A stretch of DNA of 64,000 nt from contig CAYLTD010000002.1 in the NCBI GenBank assembly GCA_964386715.1, forward strand, positions 109,449-173,448, written 5' to 3'. The DNA is from an uncultured Bifidobacterium sp. GTDB taxonomy: Bacteria; Acidobacteriota; Vicinamibacteria; Vicinamibacterales; CAVVIG01. The first letter of the stretch is position 1, and each line of letters begins with the position of its first letter. Of this stretch, positions 45,525 through 55,600 are shown piece by piece. The notes under the pieces are model-generated. The model was given only the letters and a program-made list of their open reading frames with translations. It did no database searches and was not told the DNA's origin. The position numbers and the translations under genes were made by a program.

Positions 45525-48187
45525 AGCTGGGCGTCCTTCCGCAACTCCGCCAGCATCGTCAGCGCCTCGAGCGGCGTCATCCGGTCCACATCCAGCGATG
45601 CCAGCTTGTCGCGCAGGCGATCGTCGGACGGACTCGATTGGAACAGCCCCAGCTGCTGCTGCGGTTCGTTCGGGGTGCCGCTCATGGAGGGCCGCCCGCC
45701 TCGCGACAACTCGTCACGTTCGAGCGCGGACAGAATCTCCCGCGCGCGCTCGACGACCGCGCGGGGGAGGCCGGCCAGCCTTGCGACCTGGATGCCGTAG
45801 CTGCGGTCGGACCGGCCCGGCACGATCTTGCGCAGGAAGATGATGTCGTCCTTCCACTCCCTCGCCGCGACGTGGTAGTTCACGACGCCGGGCGTCGCGT
45901 CGGCCAGGTCGGTCAGCTCGTGATAGTGGGTGGCAAACAGGGTCTTCGGCCGTACCTTCGGGTTGGTCGCGAGGTACTCCGCCACAGCCCACGCGATGCT
46001 GAGCCCGTCGAACGTCGCGGTGCCGCGCCCGATTTCATCGAGCACCACAAGGCTGCGCGAGGTCGCCGTGTGCAGGATGTTGGCCGTCTCCTGCATCTCC
46101 ACCATGAACGTGGAGTGTCCCCGCGCGATGTTGTCCGAGGCGCCGACACGGGCGAAGATGCGGTCGACCAACCCAAGCTTCGCCTCGCGCGCGGGCACGA
46201 AGCTGCCGGCCTGGGCCATCACCGACATCAGCGCCGTCTGGCGCAGGTAGGTGGACTTGCCTCCCATGTTCGGTCCGGTGAGCACGACCAGCTGGCACGT
46301 GGTGGCGTCCAGGGTGATGTCGTTCGGGACATACGGCTCGCCTGCCGCCGCCGTGCGCCGCTCCACGACCGGATGGCGTCCGTCGACGACGCTGATTTCG
46401 TCGCCGTCGTGCACGTGCGGCTTCGTGTAGTTGTTCACAGCCGCCGCCTCGGCGAGCGCGGACAGCACGTCGAGGGCCGCGATGGCCCGGGCCGCCCCCT
46501 GGATGCGTGGCGCCTCCGCGGCCACGGCGCGCCGCAGCCCGTCGAACAGCTCCAGCTCACGCTCGACGATCCGCTCGTCCGCGCCGAGCACCTTCTCTTC
46601 GTACTCCTTCAGGGCGGGCGTGATGAACCGTTCACCGCCCGCGATCGTCTGCTTCCGGTGGTAGTCCGGGGGCACGGCGTGCAGGTTGGACTTCGAGATC
46701 TCGATGTAGTAGCCGAAGACCCGGTTGTAGCGGATCTTCAGGGACCCGATGCCGGTGCGGGCCCGCTCCCGCTCCTCCATCTCGGCGATGTACTGCTTGC
46801 CGGAGCGCGAGATGCGCCGGAGTTCGTCGATCTCGCCGTCGAGGCCGTCGCGGGTGAAGCCGCCGTCGCGGGCCAGGACGGGCGGGTCGTCCACGAGCGC
46901 CGTCTCGATGCGGTCCCGCACGTCGGCCAGGTCGTCGAGAGCCGCCGACAGCGAGCGGACCAGCGGCGCCTGCAGGTCCGACAGGATCGTGCGCAACCGC
47001 GGGATCAGCGCGATGGACTGCTTGAGGCCGACGAGGTCACGCGGTCCGGCCGTGCCCAGCGCGGCCCGGGCGACCAGCCGCTCCAGATCCTGCACGCCCT
47101 TGATCGCATCGCGGAACTTGCCGCGCTCCGTCGTGCGGAACGCGAGTTCCTCGACCGCGTCGAGCCGATCGCGGATCGCATCGAGGGCCAGGAGGGGCCT
47201 GAGGAGCCAGCCGCGCAGGACGCGGCTTCCCATCGCCGTCACCGTTCGATCGAGTTCATCGAGCAGCGACCCCTCGCGTCCACCGTCCGAGCCCTCGACG
47301 ATCTCGAGGTGCCTGAGCGTCGTCGGATCGACGAGCAGGGCATCGGCGCGCTGGCGGTATGCAATGGCCCGCACATGCGCGAGATCGGCTTTCTGGGTGG
47401 AACGCAGGTAGTGAACGAGCGCACCGGCGGCCGACACGGCAGCGGGCCTGCGTTCCAGCCCGAACCCTTCAAGGCCTCCCGCCCGGAGCTGATCCAGCAG
47501 CGTGCGCCGCGCGGTCTCGGGGTCGAACACCCACCCGTCAACCGGAGTCAGCGGCAGGCCGGCCGACGCGAGCGCCGGCCAGGCGTGCGCTGCTGCCTGC
47601 TGGGCCGCTGCGACGTCGGAGGACGACGGGTCGCCGGCCACGATCACTTCGCGTGGGCGCAGGACGGCGACTTCGTCGGCGAACGCCTGCGCGCCGTCGG
47701 CGCCGCCGTACTCGGCGGCCGTGAACTCGCCGGTGGACACATCCAGCAGGGCCACGCCGATCGACGGCCGCTCCTTGTGTTCGAGGCGGTGGACGGCCAT
47801 CAGGAACGCCGGCTCGCGCGCGTCCAGGTAGCTGCTGTCGGTGAACGTGCCGGGCGAGACGACGCGGACCACCTCGCGCCTGACGATGCCCTTGGCCTTC
47901 CTGGGGTCCTCCACCTGGTCGCAGATGGCGACGCGGTAACCCTTCTTGACGAGACGGGCGATGTAGGTGTCGGCGGCGTGGAAGGGGACTCCGCACATCG
48001 GGATCCCGCCGCCGGCGGCGTCCTTCGACCGCGAGGTCAGGGTGAGTTCGAGCGTGCGCGCCGCGAGCAGGGCGTCTTCGTAGAACATCTCGTAGAAGTC
48101 GCCCATCCGGAAGAACAGGATCGCATCGCGGTACTGTCCCTTGGCTTCCAGGTACTGCCGCATCGCCGGCGTCGCCGACGTTGACAT
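45521..48187 (-). CDS. mutS: DNA mismatch repair protein MutS
   Basis: TPAMRQY, FFRMGDFYEMF, MCGVP, Walker A TGPNMGGKSTYLRQ, STFMVEM, DEIGRGT, FATHYHEL, SYGIQVA. ATG 48187. Confidence 0.98.
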   Translation of the reverse strand: MSTSATPAMRQYLEAKGQYRDAILFFRMGDFYEMFYEDALLAARTLELTLTSRSKDAAGGGIPMCGVPFHAADTYIARLVKKGYRVAICDQVEDPRKAKGIVRREVVRVVSPGTFTDSSYLDAREPAFLMAVHRLEHKERPSIGVALLDVSTGEFTAAEYGGADGAQAFADEVAVLRPREVIVAGDPSSSDVAAAQQAAAHAWPALASAGLPLTPVDGWVFDPETARRTLLDQLRAGGLEGFGLERRPAAVSAAGALVHYLRSTQKADLAHVRAIAYRQRADALLVDPTTLRHLEIVEGSDGGREGSLLDELDRTVTAMGSRVLRGWLLRPLLALDAIRDRLDAVEELAFRTTERGKFRDAIKGVQDLERLVARAALGTAGPRDLVGLKQSIALIPRLRTILSDLQAPLVRSLSAALDDLADVRDRIETALVDDPPVLARDGGFTRDGLDGEIDELRRISRSGKQYIAEMEERERARTGIGSLKIRYNRVFGYYIEISKSNLHAVPPDYHRKQTIAGGERFITPALKEYEEKVLGADERIVERELELFDGLRRAVAAEAPRIQGAARAIAALDVLSALAEAAAVNNYTKPHVHDGDEISVVDGRHPVVERRTAAAGEPYVPNDITLDATTCQLVVLTGPNMGGKSTYLRQTALMSVMAQAGSFVPAREAKLGLVDRIFARVGASDNIARGHSTFMVEMQETANILHTATSRSLVVLDEIGRGTATFDGLSIAWAVAEYLATNPKVRPKTLFATHYHELTDLADATPGVVNYHVAAREWKDDIIFLRKIVPGRSDRSYGIQVARLAGLPRAVVERAREILSALERDELSRGGRPSMSGTPNEPQQQLGLFQSSPSDDRLRDKLASLDVDRMTPLEALTMLAELRKDAQL

Positions 48188-48205
48188 ATCCTTACAGTTT
48201 ACTGC
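48188..48205. promoter_or_regulatory. Overlapping divergent -10 elements for leaderless-like mutS and tsaB
   Basis: TACAGT (+, 48193-48198) is 7 nt before the tsaB ATG. TAAACT (-, 48201-48196) is 8 nt before the mutS ATG. No SD on either side. Confidence 0.5.
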
Positions 48206-48928
48206 ATGCGAGTACTCGCCCTGGACACCACCACGCGCGCCGGCAGCGTTGCAGTCGTCGACAACGGTGTCGTCGTCGTCGCGCGCAGCGGCGATTCCGC
48301 GCGGTCGCACGCAGAGCGCCTGCCGCAGGACATCCTCGACGCACTGCACGACGCCGGCCTGGACGGCGCCGCGATCGACCTCTACGCCGTCGCGGCCGGC
48401 CCCGGCATGTTCACCGGGCTGCGCATCGGCATCGCGACGATGCAGGGCCTGGCCTTCGTCCACCGGCGGAAGATCGCCGCGGTATCAGCCCTGCGTGCAC
48501 TGGCCGAGCACGCTGCGCGCGAGGCCGGGCCCGGCACCACCGTCGCGGCGTGGATGGACGCGCACCGTCGCGACGTGTTCGCAGCCGCATATCGCGTGGA
48601 CGCCGCGGCGATCCCACCCGGCACGGCCAGGCTGGTCGAAGTGGCGGCGCCCACCGTGGACGCGCCAGGCCCGACGCTCGAGCGGTGGCGCGCGGCCGGG
48701 GTCCGGCCGGGCGTGATTTGCGGGGACGGCGCCGTGCTCTTCGAGGCCGTGGTGGCGCGGCAGGCGCGCGTGCTCCCGGCGCCGCCGCTCGCGCCGATCC
48801 TGGCGGCGCTCGCCCTCGACGCGCATGCGGCCGGCCTCACCATGGCGCCCGCCGCCGTCCAGCCGCTGTACGTGCGGCGGCCGGACGCCGAGGTCGCACG
48901 CGAGACGCGCGCCGCGCTCGAGCCATGA
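48206..48928 (+). CDS. tsaB: tRNA threonylcarbamoyladenosine biosynthesis protein TsaB
   Basis: LALDTTT, HAERL, GPGMFTGLRIG, MDAHRRDVF, PLYVR. Confidence 0.92.
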   Translation: MRVLALDTTTRAGSVAVVDNGVVVVARSGDSARSHAERLPQDILDALHDAGLDGAAIDLYAVAAGPGMFTGLRIGIATMQGLAFVHRRKIAAVSALRALAEHAAREAGPGTTVAAWMDAHRRDVFAAAYRVDAAAIPPGTARLVEVAAPTVDAPGPTLERWRAAGVRPGVICGDGAVLFEAVVARQARVLPAPPLAPILAALALDAHAAGLTMAPAAVQPLYVRRPDAEVARETRAALEP

Positions 48929-49386
48929 TGCCGTGGCACGTCGCACCGTTGGCGAGCGAACGGGAACTCGACGACATCATTCGCATCGAGAGCCTGTCGT
49001 TCCGGAATCCGTGGACCCGGGAGATGTACCTGTCGGAGCTGGAGCACCGGGAGGTCTCCACCTTCTACCTCGCGCGCGACCCGGTCGGCGAGCCCGTGGG
49101 GTTCATCGCGGTCTGGCGCGTGCTCGACGAACTGCATGTCAACAACCTGGCCGTGCTGCCGGAGCATCGGCGCAGCGGGGTGGCGTCAGCCCTGCTGACG
49201 CGCGCGCTTGCCGATGCCGCAGCCCGGGGCGCCACGCGCGCCACGCTCGAGGTCCGCGCGTCCAACGAGCCCGCGCTCCGGCTGTACGAACGGTTCGGAT
49301 TTGCCGTGACGGCCGTGCGACGCGGCTATTATGCGCAGCCCGAGGAAGATGCCCTCGTGCTGTGGCGTGAACCACCGGCCCGCTGA
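48925..49386 (+). CDS. rimI: Ribosomal-protein-alanine N-acetyltransferase (GNAT)
   Basis: ATGA overlap with tsaB; IESLSFRNPW, DELHVNNLAV.PEHRRSG, LEVRASN, RRGYY..PEEDA. Confidence 0.9.
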   Translation: MMPWHVAPLASERELDDIIRIESLSFRNPWTREMYLSELEHREVSTFYLARDPVGEPVGFIAVWRVLDELHVNNLAVLPEHRRSGVASALLTRALADAAARGATRATLEVRASNEPALRLYERFGFAVTAVRRGYYAQPEEDALVLWREPPAR

Positions 49387-49494
49387 TCTTGAAACGCCCG
49401 GCAGCGTGTGTTAGCGTCCTCTCAACAGGGTCGGAGCGGACGCCGCTGCCCGTACCAGCCATCCGTTCCGGTTCTGCCTTCAAGGAGGCGGACC

Positions 49495-49722
49495 ATGAAT
49501 GAGCAGACACAGGACCTGAAGGCACTGTTGCTGCAGACGAACGAGGAATTCCACCACCTCGCCGCCAAGCACCACGAGCTCGAAGGGCGCCTGCACGAAC
49601 TCCTCAACAAGTCCCACCTGTCCGAGCCCGAGCAGGTCGAAGAAGTCACCCTGAAAAAGCAGAAGCTGCAGTTGAAGGACCGCATGGAAGCCATCGTGCG
49701 GGACTACCGGCAGCACCACTGA
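49495..49722 (+). CDS. DUF465 / YdcH-family small coiled-coil protein
   Basis: SD AAGGAGG; EEFHHL..KHHELE, LKKQKLQLKDRM. Confidence 0.85.
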   Translation: MNEQTQDLKALLLQTNEEFHHLAAKHHELEGRLHELLNKSHLSEPEQVEEVTLKKQKLQLKDRMEAIVRDYRQHH

Positions 49723-49929
49723 GCACCATTACCTGACGGCGGCAGCGACGGCCGCTCGGAAGGACGAAGGTCAGGGGCTGGCATCCGGGTTCGAACGGCC
49801 CTCCTCCTTCTTCCTTCGCGGCCGGGCCGTGCCTTCGCAGCCGGGCTGCGGCCTGGCGACCGGGGGTTCGCCCACGGCCGGGCTCCGCCTCCGCGGAAAC
49901 CTGGGCGTGCCGTGATTAGATAGGGGTCG

Positions 49930-50568
49930 ATGACTCGAGTCGCCATCGACCCCGCCGGTTATCCGTTCATCCTCGGTGCCCTCGGCCTCGGCCTCGTCGC
50001 CGGTGCGGCCGTGTCCCCATGGCTCGCGACACCGCTCGTCGCGCTGGCCGCGTTCTTCCTGTTCTTCTTCCGCGACCCCGATCGCGTCGTCGCTGCCGCG
50101 GGAGACGCGGCGGTCCTGTCTCCGGCGGACGGGCGCGTCCTGGTCGCCGGACCGGCGGTGGCCGGGGCCGCGCCGGACGGCGAATGGCTGCAGATCAGCA
50201 TTTTCCTGTCGCCGATGGACGTTCACGTGAACCGCGTACCCGTCTCGGGACGCGTCACGCGCGTGAGCTATACACCCGGGCGCTACCTGCCCGCGTACCG
50301 GCAGGATGCTGCGACGGCCAACGAGCGCAGCGAGATCTGGATCGATCACGCCGGCCAGTTCGTGGTCGCGCGACAGATCGTCGGCGCGCTGGCTCGTCGT
50401 GTCGTGTGCCGCCTCGCCACTGGAGCCGAGGTCAGGGCCGGCGATCGATACGGCGTGATGAAGTTCGGATCGCGCATGGACATCTTCCTGCCCACCACCG
50501 CGGAGATCACCGTCGAGGTGGGAGCGACCGTGCGCGGCGGGGAATCGGTGATCGCGGTGCTACACTGA
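49930..50568 (+). CDS. psd: Phosphatidylserine decarboxylase proenzyme
   Basis: FFRDPDR, SPADG, SIFLSPMDVHVNR, NER, RYGVMKFGSRMD (self-cleavage GS). Confidence 0.94.
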   Translation: MTRVAIDPAGYPFILGALGLGLVAGAAVSPWLATPLVALAAFFLFFFRDPDRVVAAAGDAAVLSPADGRVLVAGPAVAGAAPDGEWLQISIFLSPMDVHVNRVPVSGRVTRVSYTPGRYLPAYRQDAATANERSEIWIDHAGQFVVARQIVGALARRVVCRLATGAEVRAGDRYGVMKFGSRMDIFLPTTAEITVEVGATVRGGESVIAVLH

Positions 50569-50595
50569 AGCCCGTCCACGCGAGGACCGACGGGC

Positions 50596-51423
50596 ATGCC
50601 GCAATCGATCAACGACGAGACACGCGTCCGGTTCCTGCGCCGGGCCGATCGACGGCCGCGCGTCCGGCGCGGCGTCTCGCTGTTGCCCAGCCTCTTCACG
50701 ATGGGCAACATGTTCTGCGGCTACTCCTGCATCCTGTATTCGCTGAAGGGTGACTTCGAGAGCGCGGCACCCTACATCGGCATCTCGATCGTGCTCGACA
50801 TGCTCGACGGACGTATCGCGCGCCTCACCGGCACCTCGAGCGAGTTCGGCCTGCAGCTCGACTCCCTCGCCGACGCCATCTCCTTCGGTGTCGCACCGGC
50901 CATCCTCGCCTACGCCTGGGGCCTGGAACCGCTCGGGCGCCTGGGTATGTTCTCCGGGTTCCTCTTCGTCAGCGCGGCGGTGCTCCGCCTCGCGCGGTTC
51001 AACGTGCAGTCGGCAACCGGGGGCGACAAGCGCTATTTTGTCGGCATGCCCAGCCCGGCGGCTGCCGGCGTGCCCGCAGCCACGGTGTACATGTTCTCCG
51101 ACGGGGTCACCGACTACCGGGCAGCGTGGGCGGTGCTCGCCATGGTGCTCGTGCCCGCCGTGCTCATGGTCAGCACGATCCGCTTCCGCAGCTTCAAGAC
51201 ACTCGACCTGCAGATGCGCCGGCCCTACTCGGTGCTGTTCCTGGTTGCGGCCGGGTTGATGGCGGTGGCCACGCACCCGCGCGTCGTGCTCGTCGTGATG
51301 GCCTACACCTACCTGGCCTCAGCCTTCATCGGCCTGGCGCTTTCGCGACTCCGCCATCGGGGCCACGCGCACGCGGCCGCAACACAGCCGGCGGTCCCGT
51401 CGACGGACGCCGCGAACCGGTAA
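50596..51423 (+). CDS. pssA: CDP-diacylglycerol--serine O-phosphatidyltransferase
   Basis: LLPSLFTMGN, DMLDGRIAR, FG.QLDSLAD.ISFGVAP, RLARFN, FVGMPSP; follows psd. Confidence 0.94.
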   Translation: MPQSINDETRVRFLRRADRRPRVRRGVSLLPSLFTMGNMFCGYSCILYSLKGDFESAAPYIGISIVLDMLDGRIARLTGTSSEFGLQLDSLADAISFGVAPAILAYAWGLEPLGRLGMFSGFLFVSAAVLRLARFNVQSATGGDKRYFVGMPSPAAAGVPAATVYMFSDGVTDYRAAWAVLAMVLVPAVLMVSTIRFRSFKTLDLQMRRPYSVLFLVAAGLMAVATHPRVVLVVMAYTYLASAFIGLALSRLRHRGHAHAAATQPAVPSTDAANR

Positions 51424-51513
51424 GCACGGGCCACTCGCAGGGGCCGCGTTGCGTCCGGCCCGCCTGGGCGCGGCTTCACCGCAGGCGGGGAAGGGCACCC
51501 GCCTCGCCCCGGT

Positions 51514-52575
51514 TCACGAGCGCTCCTGGCTTCTGGCGGACGCCACCGCGAAGCGCCGCTCCTGCCCCGGCATCCGGTCGTCGGCAAGCGTGGCCTGCAT
51601 CCAGGCCGGGTACTCCGGCGCGAGCTTGCTGACGGCATCGAGCGCCGCGAGTTCCTCCGCCGTCAGCGCAAGTTCCACCGACCTGAGGTTGTCGTCGAGC
51701 TGGGCCATCTTCCGCGCCCCGATGATGACGCTCGTCACGCGCGGCTGCGCGAGGACCCACGCCAGTGCCACCTGCGCCACACTGGCCCCGTGGGCCGCCG
51801 CAATCGGCACCATCACGTCGATGATGTCGTAGGCCTTGTCCTTGTTGACCGGCGGGAAGTCGAACGTCGCGCGCCGGGCGGCGTCGTCGCCGCCGGTGCG
51901 GGTGAATTTGCCCGACAGGAACCCGCCCGCGAGCGGACTCCACACGAGCAACCCGAGCCGCTGGTCGGTGATGCAGGGAATGATCTCGCGCTCCAGTTCG
52001 CGGCCCGCCAGCGAGTAGTAGCTCTGGGTGGACACGAATCGCGCGAGGTGGTTCTGGCGCGAGATCCCGAGCGCCTTCATCATCTGCCACGCGGCGAAGT
52101 TCGAGCACCCGATGTAGCGCACCTTGCCCGCATGGACCAGGTCGTCGAGCGCGCGGAGCGTGTCCTCGAGGTCGGTGAGCGCGTCGAAGCGATGCACCTG
52201 GTACAGGTCGATGTAGTCGGTTCCAAGGCGCGTCAGCGACGCGTCGATCGACTGCAGGATGTGCAGGCGCGACAGCCCGACATCGTTGGGTCCCTTGCCC
52301 ATGCGCCCGCGCACCTTGGTTGCGAGCACCACCTCGTGACGCCGTGGACCGAGCGCCTTGCCCAGCATCGTCTCGGACTCGCCGAGCGAGTACACGTTGG
52401 CGGTGTCGATGAAGTTGATACCCGCATCGAGGGAACGGTGGACGATGGCGTCCACGTCGGGCTGGCTGAGGCCAGCAATCACCTCCCACTGCTGGCCGCG
52501 CCCGCCGAAGGTCATCGCGCCCAGGCACAGTTCCGACACGAACACGCCGGTATCCGAGAGTTGTCTGTACTTCAT
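51514..52575 (-). CDS. Aldo/keto reductase
   Basis: VSELCLGAMTFG, GINFIDTANVY, TDYIDLYQVH, GKVRYIGCSN, WSPLAGG, VIIGARK. Confidence 0.94.
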   Translation of the reverse strand: MKYRQLSDTGVFVSELCLGAMTFGGRGQQWEVIAGLSQPDVDAIVHRSLDAGINFIDTANVYSLGESETMLGKALGPRRHEVVLATKVRGRMGKGPNDVGLSRLHILQSIDASLTRLGTDYIDLYQVHRFDALTDLEDTLRALDDLVHAGKVRYIGCSNFAAWQMMKALGISRQNHLARFVSTQSYYSLAGRELEREIIPCITDQRLGLLVWSPLAGGFLSGKFTRTGGDDAARRATFDFPPVNKDKAYDIIDVMVPIAAAHGASVAQVALAWVLAQPRVTSVIIGARKMAQLDDNLRSVELALTAEELAALDAVSKLAPEYPAWMQATLADDRMPGQERRFAVASARSQERS

Positions 52576-52653
52576 GATCGTCGCCGCGCTCCTTGGTCCC
52601 GCTCCCGCCTGCGAGGTCGCCGCCCATTATCGCCGGCCTCGGGCCGCCCGGCG

Positions 52654-55600
52654 CTAGGGCTGGGCGGCCGGCAGCGACAGCGACACGGTCGTGCCGACTC
52701 CGCGCTCGCTGTGCACCTCAACCCGCCCTCCGAGCAGTTCAAGGTTGCGCCGGGCAATCGTCAGCCCGAGGCCGGTGCCGGTGGCCTTCGTCGAGAAGTA
52801 GGGCTCGAAGATGCGCGCCAGGGCTTCGGCATCCATGCCGATCCCGGTGTCGGTCACGTCCACCCGCAGCATCGCGGGCGTACCCGGTCCGGCAGCGGCC
52901 AGCCGCGCACGAATCGTGAGCGCCCCTGTGCCAGGCATCGCGTGCAGCGCGTTCTCGATCACGTTGGTCAGCGCGCGCCCGAACAGTGTCCGGTCCACCC
53001 ACGCGGCGGGAAGGCCGGGCTCGATGTCCAGGTCGATCCCGATTCGTGGCTCGAGGCCGGCACGATAGGGTTCGACGACCTCCTCCAGGATGGCGCCCAG
53101 ATCCGCTGACTCCGGACGCGGTACGGGCGAGGACGCGAAGCTGGAGAACTCGGTCGAAATCTGCCGGAGCAGCGTCACCTGCGACAGGATCGACGCGACG
53201 CACTCGTCGAGGATCGGCGACAGCGGGCGGCCCCGGTCCTGGTTGACACGGCGGGCATGTTCGGCCGAGAGCTGGATGGGCGTCAGCGGGTTCTTGATGT
53301 CATGCGCCACCTGGCGCGCCATCTCCGCCCAGGCTTCGAGGCGCTGCGTCCGTTCGCGCTCGACCCGTTGCTGCTGGAGATCGCTCGCCATCTGGTTGAA
53401 GTCCTCGACCAGCCTCCGCAGTTCATCGGACGACGTGGCGGCAATGCGCGCGTCGAGGTCGCCGCGCGCGATGCGCCGCGTCGCCCGCGTCAGCCGGTTG
53501 ACCGGATCCGCGATACGTTCCGCCATCCAGTAGCCCAGCGCCGACCCGAGCAGCACGAACAGTACTGCGGCCGACAGGACCCGCCGGTCGATCTCGTCGA
53601 TCTGCGCCTCGATCTCCCGCTGCCGGAGGGTCTGCGGCACCGTGACGATCCCCTCCCGTCCCCGTGCTCGCACCGGGGCCGCGGCCACCAGGTAGCCGGG
53701 CGTACCAACCCCTTGCTCGACGACCACAGCCGTGGGCAGCCGATCGAGGACGATGGCGCGGTACACCTCCGCCGACGTGCGGCTCGGCAGCAGTCGTGAC
53801 ACGAACAGCGGCCGCTCGCTGGTGGCCTGCAGGCGCGCACCGTCGAACAGGTTCACGTCTTCGTCGATGGCCCGCCGGACGAGCAGCATGAACTCGTCGT
53901 CGATCCGGTCCAGCGATCCGGCGCCACGCTGCTGGAGCGCGACGTAGTCCTCGACGAGTCGCTGGGCGACGGTCGCCGTCTTGACCGCGGACTCCTCGAC
54001 ATCGGCGCGGAACTGGTTGGCGAAGTACGTGCTCGTGGCGAGCGCCAGCACCACCACAGGAATGACCGCCGCCGCCACGAAGGCGATGAACAGCTTGCGG
54101 TAGAAGCTGGATCGGACTTCGCGCAGCAGCGCCCGCCCGCCTGCCGGCGTCTGCCCGCTGACGAGATTGAACGCGCTCGCGGCCAGCAGCAGCGCCATGT
54201 AGAGGACGCCCGTCAGGAAGACCAGTTCCCCGAGGTTCACGAGGTGGCCGAAACGCGTGATGACGGGATAGCCCAGCGCGTAGATGCCTCCGCGGTCGTT
54301 GAAGAAATACACGCGGAACGTCTCGCCGTCGCGATTGACGCGCGTCCAGAGCGGTTCGCGTCCTTCACTCATCCCGTCGAACACATCGTCGGCCAGCGGC
54401 CAGACCTTGGTGCCCGATGCATACAGCGGCGCGCGGCTCCAGCCGTAGACGACGAGTTCCACGTCACTGCCAGACGCCGTTTCGGGGCGCGAGGGCGACG
54501 CCGGCGTCAGCGACTGAAGATAGGGGCTCTGGGTGGAGATGAACGGCAGCGCATGGTAGTCGAGACGCACCCGCACGACGATGGCGCCGACGCGTCGACG
54601 ATCCTCGCAGATCGCGCGGCTGGCCCGCAGGACGTTGCGCAGCGTCGACAACGTGCCGAAGGGGGACACTTCCTCGTAGAGTTCCCACTCCGTGCACGAG
54701 CCGCCGCGATACTCCACGTTGACGTACTCGGGCAGATTCAGGGCGAAGCGGCTGACCAGGGCGCCGCTCGCGGCATACAGTTCGACGGCCGACGTCGTCC
54801 GTTCATCCGACAGGACGGTCTGGGCCCACACCAGGAACGCGCGGTCGGTGACCGGCGCGGCCGTTGCCGGTGGCGTGCTGGAGACGAACTGCGGCAGCGC
54901 GGTCATCGCGTCGATTGCCTCCAGCGCCAGGGGGAGTTGCCGCGCCTGCAGGTCCTCGCGCTGGTTCGCGACCTCGGGCGCGAACGTCGTGTCGATCAGG
55001 CGCTCCTTGGCGGCAACGGCAAGGGCGTGCAGGGACGGGTAGAAGGCGAGGGCCGGCAGCACCAGGCCGGCAAACAACAGCCCGAGGCGTGCGGCCTGCG
55101 AGGCGCGGCGGGCTGTTCCGCGGGGCCGCGCGAGGGCCGCGGCCATCAGGCCTGCAGTCGACGCCGCGAGCAGCAGCGGGCCATCCGGCACGGGGCTGGC
55201 AAAACGGCGGAGCGCCAGGAAGGCGAGCGCCGCCCCCACGGTGGCCGCCAGTCCCCAGACCAGGCCGAGGCGTGGGCGCCGTTGCACGCGCCAGAGCACC
55301 ATCGGCAGGCGCAGGACCGCGGCGCCTCCCCAGACCACCGATGCGTGGAGCAGGACGACTGCCGAAGCCGTCGCGAGGCGCTCGAGATCCAGCGGATGCA
55401 GCGAGAAGCGCAGCAGGTCGTGTGAGGAGCGCGCCGTGATGTCGGCGAGCACCCGCTCGTACCGCACGACCGCCGCCACCACCATCGCGCCGGCGGCCAT
55501 CAGCGCCGCCCCCCGCAGCACCAGCGCAGACCGGCCGTGGAGCAGCACGGGCCGCGGCGGCGACACCCGTCGCCGCTCAATCGTGTCCAGAGCGAGCCAG

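Noticed and set aside
49784-49800. GGGTTCGAAC resembling a tRNA T-loop
   Set aside because: No 5-bp T-stem and no cloverleaf or acceptor stem around it.
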